Source: Octopus sinensis
Taxonomy: Eukaryota
DNA: 64,000 bases
NCBI RefSeq assembly: GCF_006345805.1
Contig: NC_043004.1
Location: 29,202,001 to 29,266,000 of the forward strand
Direction of reading: 5' to 3'
Shown: in pieces, positions 54,329 through 64,000 of the stretch
Numbering within the stretch: the stretch's first letter is position 1
Layout: the number at the start of each line of letters is the position of its first letter
Notes under the pieces: generated by a model
Told to the model about the DNA's origin: nothing
What the model saw: the letters and a program-made list of their open reading frames with translations, nothing else
Databases searched by the model: none
Translations under genes and position numbers: made by a program

Positions 54329-54990
54329 GGTATTACTATTACGGCGATCCACATATTCAAATGTCGTTCCATTTTAAGCATTATATTAATTTTTCATCTA
54401 TGGAAAAATAAGATTTGGACAATTAAAAGAATAGTTTCTTGAGTACTAAACGTAATATTTTCTCTTTTGTCATGTAATGTTCCCACTGGACGTTGCAACA
54501 TTTAATGTTTTGGCAATGTAACTTAGTTTTGCTTCCGCATCAAATCTTTTTTAAAGTATTAAGTTTAATATCGAGTATAATCCTTTTAGGGTTCCTTTGC
54601 GCTCTATTGCTTTTAGATCTACTTGATATCTTTCTAGACTAATCCAACTGTAGCGGCGATTAACTACCCACAATAAACAGGTAGTTAAAAAAAATTAGCC
54701 CAGGAAAGATCGGATTTGTGATTTCAGTTGGCTGAAAAGGCACCAGATTTTCTAGACTATTCGCCCCTTGCGCGCACACACACACACACCACACACATAC
54801 ACAACACACATGCATACACGTGTTGGCATACATGCTGATAATTGTTGTAGCCAGTTGCATTCAAAAGTGGGTGGGTTGATAATAGAGATGATGTTGGTTG
54901 CATTGCTTCCGATATTATTGACGGTGGCCGGATATTGTTAGCGCTATATCTGTTTTATCACACACACGTTCATATATATTATATATATAT

Positions 54991-55052
<62 letters not shown>

Positions 55053-55383
55053 ATATATTAGAGAAATATAACTCCAAACTTACAGGGAAAAATTCAATTT
55101 AGTATAAATCAAATTTCACAATATAAATATATGAAATATATTAGAGATAAAACCACTATTATGCAACTCAAACAGTGATAGACATAATCCAAAACATAAA
55201 TAAAAATATATATATTTTTATAAATCATATAACTAGATCTCATACAAAAGTATAAAAATGAATGATCAATATAAAAAAGTATTGACGGTGGCCAGATATT
55301 GTTGGCGCTATATCGGATTTATCACCACACACATTCATATATATATATATATATTATATATATATAATATATATATATATATA

Positions 55384-56408
55384 CTAGCATTGCCGAGTCA
55401 TAGTGCTAGTGCATGTATATATGTGTATGTATATGTGTACATATTACATGTACATTTATATATATACATCTACACATAAAATACAAAATACAAAGTTATA
55501 TCTTGATATCGCTAGTGATAACAATACTCAAAATATATAACAGACTGGAATTGTTAGCCCGTCTCTTGTAATTTCGATCAATGTATCTTGTCCTCCCTCT
55601 TGTAAAGAAGTGTGGCTATAATCCGACGGCTGCAGCGAAATTGATTTTTGGACTTTCTTCTATCGAAGACTTTTTAACAAAAGTACTTCCGTGTAAACGG
55701 TGAAAATATTGTCAATTTCCCCAAACAGGGACACAATTCAATTTTTAAACAATAACCAAAGCTCCTTCTCCCAAAGGAGGGAGGTTACGGTTTACAATAT
55801 TTAACAAATGCAACACAAACAACGCTTCCCTTACGAGGAAAAACAAACGTGATAACAATAGTTTTAACAGAAATTAAACTAACAGCGGTACTCAGTAGAA
55901 TGCTTGATGCTAGCTAATTAGCAAATATCTAATGTAAAAGCCGTGCACACCTCCATCTGGACTATTCCATTTCTGCACTTAATTTTATTTTTTATTTATT
56001 CCCATTCATGTGAAACCACTGATTCAAGTTCAAGTCATTGATGCAATTTATACATTGCTATTTTAATTTTGTTATGTTACAATAATATTATACTTTAGTT
56101 TGATTCTAATTATTACTTACTACATATAATTCAATTGTTATTATATTTTATTGTTAAGTGAAGTATCTGACATAAAATAGAGAAATGTTTTTGTTCACTG
56201 TTACCATGTAACACTGAAATAGTGGAGAGAAGATATGATATGCTATGGGCTCGCTCTTGGCAAGAAGTTGAACTTTTTTTGCCCATGAAACTACATGGAC
56301 CCTAAGTAAGGCATGTGTAAAATTGAATGAAATTGATTATGTAGTTCTCAATTTAGGGAAACACACACAGACAGACAGACCCACATTCTCAGTTTTATAT
56401 ATAAAAGA
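55384..56408 (-). mobile_element. Non-autonomous Helitron-like element
   Basis: Minus-strand 5' TCttttatatataaaactgagaatgtgggtctgtctg and 3' CTAG near 55384; internal part paralogous to 60075-60620. Confidence 0.65.
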
Positions 56409-56849
56409 TAAAGATTATTAGTGATCATTCATTTTTGTACTTTTTGAGAACTAGTTTATGTTTTATAAATATGTATTATTTGTTATTTATGTTTGGTTTA
56501 TGTCTACCACTGTTTTGAGTTGCATAATAGTGGTTTTATCTCTATAATAATATACTGATATATATATATATATATATATAGATATATAATGTATATATAT
56601 ATATATGTATATTATATATATATATATATAGGATATATATATATAATATAAATATATAATATATATATATATATAGATATATATATTATATTATACTATA
56701 ATAATATATCTATATATATACATAGATATATATATATAGTTAAGGTATCTTGAAATGTCATACTTACCATTTGCATAAACGCGAATTTCATAGCTGGGAG
56801 GTAGCTGTAATGCGAGATGTGCCTCTGTGTGTGTGTGTGCGTGTGTATA

Positions 56850-57522
56850 CGAGAAGGCACCCAAAAGTAACCGGAAACCTTCTCGGTGAGACAAGCCCTT
56901 GGTAATTCAGGCTTCCGACATTAGAAGCCACTTGACGCGAACCTCGGGTATCAGTCTGCCGACCGGTATCATCCATTTACATCGTTCTGCTACGTGGTGC
57001 ATCTTTGTTTTGCAGTTCTTCCTCCCTGTTTGTCGTTGTTTGCGATGACTGGAATGAAGGAACAGTGTACTTCCGTGAAATTCAGTTTTCTGAGGGAGAA
57101 AACGGCAGCCAAAAACAGTTGTCATGCTTCAAAATGCTTACAAGGACGCCGCCATGAGCAAAATGCAAGTTTACAAGCGGTTTTCCCACTTTAGGAATGG
57201 TCACTTTTTGGCTTGAAGACTAACCTCGTTCAGGGCAACCGCCGACCTCCTGAACGAATGAAAGCATCATGAAAATTCATGAACTGATCTTCGAGAGCCG
57301 TCGCTGAACAAATGACGAACTTTCATCACTACAATGCGCCTGCATACACCACCTTGAGTGTGAGACAATTTTTGACCAAAAATGGCATGACTTCGCTTAC
57401 CCTTCTTTTTTATTCATCCGATCCTGCTCCCTGTGACCTTTTTTTTTTGTTTCCCGAATGAAAAAAGTCCTTAAATGAAAATGTTTTGCAGATGAGGAAG
57501 AGGTGAAGAAAAAACAACGGCG
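56850..57522 (+). mobile_element. Decayed, internally deleted mariner cut by the assembly gap
   Basis: TA|cgagaaggcacccaaaagtaaccggaa; EQCTSVKFSF, PRSGQP, HHYNAPAY, YSSDPAPCD. Confidence 0.8.
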
Positions 57523-57622
57523 NNNNNNNNNNNNNNNNNNNNNNNNNNNNNNNNNNNNNNNNNNNNNNNNNNNNNNNNNNNNNNNNNNNNNNNNNNNNNN
57601 NNNNNNNNNNNNNNNNNNNNNN
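57523..57622. other. Assembly gap (100 N)
   Basis: Run of N. Confidence 1.
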
Positions 57623-57666
57623 TAGGTCTGCGTTTGGATTTCCATATAAGTTTTTATCTGTTTTAC

Positions 57667-59935
57667 CTAGCAGAATTGCCCGCGATGCTCGGCTGAATTG
57701 CTTGAAAGTACTGTTAATGATTGCAATGAATTATGATGATTATTCAGGCAAATATTGATATAGTTTACGGCGAATGAATGTATTTGTAAGTGTATATAAA
57801 GCCGTGTAAAGGGTTCCTACCCCCTGTAGAATGGTGTACGAATTGAATGCGAGGTTGCCTTGAAAAGAGCCATGTTATTGTTCTCATAATTGTAAGAATT
57901 TGATAGTCGTGGAAGGCGGTGTAAAACGTTCGCAGGTGAATAGGGTCTCTTCTCGTTTTCCACGAACGGCAGCGGATGTGCTGTTACAAAACTCATGCTG
58001 TGTTAAGAGAAGGATGCCCTATGTAGGCAAGAGGGGAAGAAGCATGGGTAAGTAAATATGGGTAATTTATAAAATATAGAGCAATAGCATCTACTCACAA
58101 TATGTCAGACCGGCAAGACTGTAGTGGTGCTGAATAGATGAATCACACCAGTGGTGGGAGATGTTTTCATTGATGGGCGTTATGATTAAATTTGTTGTTG
58201 TATAAAATGATATGTTGCTTAGTTTCCAAAGTGTATGTTGCGATCGTGTTGTCGCTTATGTAAACTTTAACAGTGAGAGTGTAGATGTAGGGGGTAGATG
58301 TGTCATGTACGTTGGATATAGAAGATGAGGCTGGTGGTTTGATGATGAATGGATAGAAATAGAGGTGAGCGAAGGACAGGTGTTGGTTAAGTGTGAATTA
58401 ATGTCATGAAACGCCTAAAAATGTAAATGCCATCATAAAAGAGAGTCGTATGTAAGTGAAATACTAACGTGTTCGAAAATGAAACGTAATCCTATAAAAC
58501 CTCGTTATACACAATGATTTTGTTTTTCGTTGTGGAACGAATGCGAAAGCATCACTGTTGCTGCCGACACGCGGGCAGGCAACATAAAGCTGACCATGAG
58601 AGAAACATGGCTCTCCCAAATGTATTCCCGCCACAGACAGTGTTTGACCCTGCGCTTTGTTAATTGACATTGCGGAACATGGCCTTACTAGGAACTGGGA
58701 CCTCCGAAATATGAAAGGTAGGTCTGCTCCTGATGGGAATAGATGCATCCTAGGTATGAGCACAACGTTGCCTCGACCGCACCCTGTGATAATGGTGGCC
58801 TCAATCAGATTGGGAGATAGGACTTAACGATGAAACGTGTGCCATTGCATTGTTTGGGGGAACCAAATTCTAATGAGCATTATAGGGGCACCAACTTTAA
58901 GTTTGAGAATGTGTGGTGGTAGTCGGGGGCTCAAAGGAATTGAGTACCTCAATTGGATAGTTGATGACGTCCTCTGGTCAGTAGTTGTATCGATAGACTT
59001 ATATACATAGACATCCCCAGGAATGAGTTTTAGCATTTCATCATTAATATGGTGAACAGTTTTATTCCTCGGGGCCAGAATAGCCCTTTGGCCAATCCAA
59101 TCCATATTCTGATAATTAGCTTGTAGACCATGCGAACACTGCATCTCTGAGATCAGAAGGCGTTTTAACAATGGTACAAATGGAATCGATGACAATATTA
59201 CCATTTTCATCCCCTGGTATTTTGCCTTCGCCAAGTACAAGGAGGGTGTGAGAAAATGCTGTTGATGTGATATCACGTCGCATATGAGCACGCATATTGG
59301 TGTAAAGTTTGAGAGTCTTCACCAGTGGCCACAATGTGGATGACTTAAGACACGCACTTACTGCATCAGCTGTAGTCCCTTTGGGAATAACGGGAAGTGT
59401 TTGTCGGAAGTCCCCTGAAAGAAGAAGTGTTATGCCTCCCATGGGAGCTGAAGAGTGTTTGATGTCTCTGAGAGATCTATCTAGTGCCTCAAGAGCACTC
59501 TGTGAACCATCGTGCATTCATCCCAAACGATAAGCTTGCATCGTCTGAAGACTTCTGCCTGATCGGAGCTGTTCTGATGTTGCAAGTTGGTGTCTAAGTC
59601 TTCGCGAAGTCAAGCGGGAGCTTGAAAGTAGAGTGAGCTGTCCTGCCGCCTGGCAACAAAGTAGCCGCAATTCCAGATGATGCCACAGCTAGGGCAATGC
59701 TTTGTGTTCGCCTAATCTCAGCTAATATTAATTTGTTGACAAAAGTTTTCCCAGTGCCCCCAGGAGCGTCCTGGAAAAAATATCCCCAGCTTTGGCCCGG
59801 ATTGAATTAACAACGGTGTTGTAAGCGAACTTCTGTTCTGGAAGGAGCTTTGGCTCATTGTCGTCTATGTACTCGGCAAGCTCGTCAACATTAAAACATG
59901 TCTCACGCAGCAAATGTGAAGACAGAGTGTTTGTG
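57667..59935 (-). mobile_element. 3' portion of an autonomous-type Helitron
   Basis: Helicase coding region plus a 3' terminus ccgagcatcgcgggc...CTAG at 57667-57692 on the minus strand. Confidence 0.85.
58490..59910 (-). pseudogene. Helitron PIF1-like SF1 helicase, frameshifted
   Basis: DAPGGTGKTF, VASSGIAATLLPGGRTAHSTFKLP, LIVWDECTM, GDFRQTLPV, ILAPRN, LKVGAPIML, AMSINKAQGQTL, FSHGQLYVA. Confidence 0.93.
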
Positions 59936-59939
59936 CCTA

Positions 59940-60022
59940 CACATCCCAAGTCACCACACAGTGGGACTGAACCCAGGACCATGTGTTTGGAACGTAGTTT
60001 GTTACCACACAGCCACACCTGC
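59940..60022 (-). mobile_element. SINE family A head abutting the Helitron
   Basis: gtgggactgaacccagg...ttaccacacagccac. Confidence 0.8.
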
Positions 60023-60074
60023 CCCTATGTATGTGTGTGTGTGTGTGCGCGTATGAGTGTATGGGTAGATATAT

Positions 60075-61066
60075 TATGCATGTATATATGTATATATATA
60101 TATATGTGTACATATTACATGTACATCTATATATATACATCTACACAAAATACAAAATACAAAGTTATATCTTGATATCGCTAGTTATAACAATACTCAA
60201 AATATATAACAGACTGGAATTGTAGGCCTGTCTCTTGCAATTTCGATCAATTGGATCTTGTTCTCCCTCTTGTATAGAAGTGTACGGCTGCAGCGAAACT
60301 CATTTTTGGACTTTCTTCTATGGAAGGCATTTTAACAAAAATGCTTCCGTAAAGACGGTTAAAATATTGTCAATTTCCCCAAACAGGGACACAATTCAAT
60401 TTTTAAACAATAACCAAAGCCCCTTCTCCGAAAGGGGGAGGGTTACGGTATACAATTATTTAACAAATGCAACACAACAACGTTTCCCTGACGAGGAACC
60501 AACAAACGTGATTACAATAGTGAAACAGTAATAATAATAAAAACAAACCTTTTTAATTTATCCCCATTTATGTGAAACCACTTATTCAAGTCATTGATGC
60601 AATTTTATACGAATTGCTAATACACACACACACACACACATAATAAGGGTGAAAAATTAAATATTAATTTGATTAATATGAATGGAAAACCAGTGGTGTA
60701 GCATATAAGACCATAGCGGATCTTCCTCTAGCAAAAAGGATGACCAGTATTAATGGCTCATCCCTGTTATATAAATAGTTTCACTTCAATAGTTTCACAC
60801 TTGCAAAGAGAAAGTAGGAGAAAGTGTGGTGGTAATAGCAGGAATAAACCACTTGATATGAGAGAGGCAAATCGTAAAATATTGAGTTTTCTCGAATTTT
60901 TGCTTAATTGGGGGTCAAATTGAAAAGACTTTACATGCCATGACCCAATCGAATCTACTTGGAAAAATCATAGGTAAATTCCAATTGAAGAAATTCTATA
61001 TTGTAGAATTGTATTAAAAAGAAACATTAGAACAGGCAGAGAAAATCTGCCTTTTATAATAAGAGA
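60075..61066 (-). mobile_element. Helitron-like fragments (paralog of 55410-56060, plus a 5' terminus at 61066)
   Basis: Long near-identity to 55410-56060; aatctgccttttataataagagat matches the terminus at 26150. Confidence 0.6.
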
Positions 61067-61624
61067 TTTTCTAAAATAGAATTTCGCTGAAATGAAAATG
61101 AAGAGTGTTATTTCATTTTATATTTCGTATAATTTTAGTAATACATCCATGTCAACCGGTGGAAATAAGAACATCTATTTGACTCATCTTTACAACGGAT
61201 ATTTGTATATACAAGAAAAATATGCAGAGAAAACATAATTAAGAAAATTAATCCTTGTAAAATTTTAGAATTACAACTTCACCACATAGAAAAAAAAAAG
61301 ATAAATACCATTACCATTTGTTTTACATAATTTACAGACTCACATGGGTATGGGTACGTGTCAGTTACGGATGCATTCCACCATAATCAAGCATCTTGCC
61401 ACATGCGTGTACACATGTGTTTGTTACTGATACATGCATTATACACATGCATAACATTAAATCTATCGATAAGCCCGGTGTGAATCAGATACTGTGCGGG
61501 ACATGTTAGACAGTCTTTCCACTTCTCAACTAAAAGAAAAATACAAAAGAAAAAAACAAATTATAAATCTATAGGGTTGATAATACATACATTGTTGTGA
61601 ATGGTAGATTTGTTAACATGTTAC

Positions 61625-62410
61625 GAGGTCAGAGCCATAGTAACGAAACTAAAGCATGCAGAGTAAAACCGCTTGGCACAAGTCCACCTTGAATTCTGCT
61701 GTGCATGCGTACTAAGTTTTAACGTTCTAGTTTATTTTCCTGTTTACAACGGCGCTTGGAATGAATGTGTGTAGCGTGTGATTGTCGCATTGACCATGAC
61801 AGAGAAAGTTATCATGGCGATACCTGCTCAGAGGCTTATGCAATGTTGCGCAAAGTGCTTGTGGAGGAGTGCATGATCCGCACGCAAGTGTACGAGTGGT
61901 TAAATCATTTCCAAAATGGCCAAAAAAACGTTGATAGTGATGAACGTTCTGGGAGACCCGCAACCAGCAGAACTGGGAATTACATCGCAGATGGGCGTGC
62001 AGCTATGAGGAGAAATCGTCGAACCACCATCCGTGAGTTATCAGAGAATATGCAGATTAGTTACGGTTCAGTTCAGTGCATTATCACTAAATATTTGGGT
62101 ATGAGAACCATGTTTATCAAGTTTGTGGCCAAACTTCTTTCAGTTGTCCAAAAAGATACTCGGGTTTCAGTTGCACAAGATCTCCCTGATGTGTCGAAAA
62201 CGATGAAGGCTTTTTGAAAAAAATTGCGTAGGCTTCTGAGCTGGTATTGCTAAGCATTTGACAAAATTTGACGCAGATTCTCTCCTCAACTTTCTGTCAT
62301 GGTCAATGCGACGACCGCACACGTTTCACACCTTCCTTCTAAGCATTGCTGTCAACAGCGGAAGTGAGCTAGAACGTTAACACTTAGTATGTATGCACAG
62401 CAGAGTTTAT
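61625..62410 (+). mobile_element. Mariner derivative with long inverted repeats and only the N-terminal HTH coding part
   Basis: ctgctgtgcatgcgtactaag...gcattgaccatgacagagaaagtt is mirrored at 62288-62406; protein VYEW..HF..DERSGRPATS..TIRELS..ISYGSVQ.II..LGM. Confidence 0.85.
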
Positions 62411-63548
62411 ATTCTTTGCATGCGTGTGTAAAGTATAGTTCATTGATAATCAAATGTATCATTCCATTTCTTTGTGTTATTAGAAGAATAGGTAAAGAGA
62501 AGAAACCTGAAAAAAGACATCGCTAGTCACAATACATTTGCATCGATTTAGCTTTTGAATTAATCTTCTTCTCTGCCTGACGAGCAGACCACTATTCCCC
62601 CTTGATTAGAAAGCTATTCCGTCAACCGGTTATTCTTTTATAACAGAGCGGACTGGAACAACGTGAAATTTGCTCTTTTGTTCAAGAAAACAACGCCCCT
62701 GTGTCCGAAAATGGAACCCATGGTTTAGTGATTGTGAGTACAATATCCTAACTACTAGGCCATCAACCTTCACATGAATATAGAGTCAATAAACTAGTAG
62801 ACAGACGAACAGACTCGAGAGAGATCAAGAGTGGAGTGGGTATGTTGTTCATGACATCACAAATGTCTGTTGCAAAGCTGGCTGATTGACTGACCGAAAT
62901 ATTTATCAAACAATCGATTACTTAATTAATTGTGTAACTTGTTGACGGATAATTATTTGAGAAGGTAAATAGAAACATTGTATGTCCTTATTCCGGTCAC
63001 ATTAACCCTCCCGTGATAGAACTAAAGCCTATAAGTTATTCACCTTTAGTCAGCATCCCGTTTATATCGTAAGTGCAGAGTCTGTATATATTAAGTATGA
63101 TACACAGATAGCTATTTTAGTTAAATATAGAATCAATTGAGTATGAAATATTTTTTTATGAATTGAGTAGTTATTTATAACTTCAGTGAATGTTTTATTC
63201 ATCTTTTCCTGCATGAGAATTCTCGTCCAAGCATGAGACTAGCAACAACTAAGTGCTAATGAAAAGTCTGGTGCTCCCGCTGGCCGCTGCTGGGTTATAT
63301 TTTTATTCTCTCTGTGATTTTTATTGTTTTTAACAAAAGCCCTTAAGTAATATTATTTTGGGTTAAAAACTGCAAATAACTGGAATCTCAAAAGCGGGAC
63401 TGCATTAAGTATGATGCATAAGTAGCTATTTTTATTAAATACTGAGGCAAAAGCATGCAGTGAATAGTTTATGCAGATAAGATCAAGTACGAGCACTTCG
63501 ATTTTAGCTGAAAATATCAGCTAAATCACTCACTCCCGCTGCCCCATT

Positions 63549-63579
<31 letters not shown>

Positions 63580-64000
63580 TTATCTCTCTCTCTCTTTCTC
63601 TCTTCGCTCTTCTCTCTCTCTCTCTCTCTCCTCTTTCTCTCTCTCTCTCTCTATCTATCTATTTATCTGCAATATTACCTATTTAATACTGCCTTTATAA
63701 AAAAAAACATGTAGGGCAATTTTATAATGCGGACCCATTACATTTGACTAATACATGCTGGATGATCACATCTGGAGTGTCTTTGAAATCATGGTTGCTG
63801 AAATGAGATATGAAATGTCTTTAAACAGCAGCAAAACGTCACCATATAATATCAGTTGCAGATACTATTGAAACTCTGAGTTAGATCATGATTTCGTTTG
63901 GTATATCACGGAGTACATTGTCCACGTTTGAGACACGCTGATTTTTTATATGAAGGAGTTCGGCCTGTTCTTATTTGTTTGGAAATTGAACACGTACAGG

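Noticed and set aside
57667-62410. Fanzor/TnpB or other cargo nuclease in the Helitron or mariner elements
   Set aside because: No RuvC or zinc-finger motifs seen in any frame examined.

Overview
AT-rich, microsatellite-saturated eukaryotic DNA with no host protein-coding exon I can support. The repeat landscape (dense CA/TA/CATA/GATA/AAT/AAG tracts, three tRNA-headed SINE families) resembles a coleoid cephalopod such as Octopus; this is an inference. Nearly all listed ORFs are microsatellite artefacts. Real coding signal is limited to decayed transposons: a Penelope-like RT/GIY-YIG element, a hAT transposase, several Tc1/mariner elements, a Helitron PIF1-like helicase, R4/Dong-like, RTE and CR1-like LINE pieces. 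There are also non-autonomous Helitrons/Helentrons, several long foldback palindromes and one 100-N gap. The most interesting signals are RNA-level. First, an intact-looking type I hammerhead ribozyme with a long stem II and a possible pseudoknot lies inside a ~300-bp element inserted in TA repeats (20081-20172). Second, three minimal Penelope-type hammerheads have non-canonical cores, two of them in tandem. Third, a SINE occurs as TSD-flanked head-to-tail multimers with a recurring junction inside its tRNA-like loop. All calls come from reading the sequence by eye; no searches were run.
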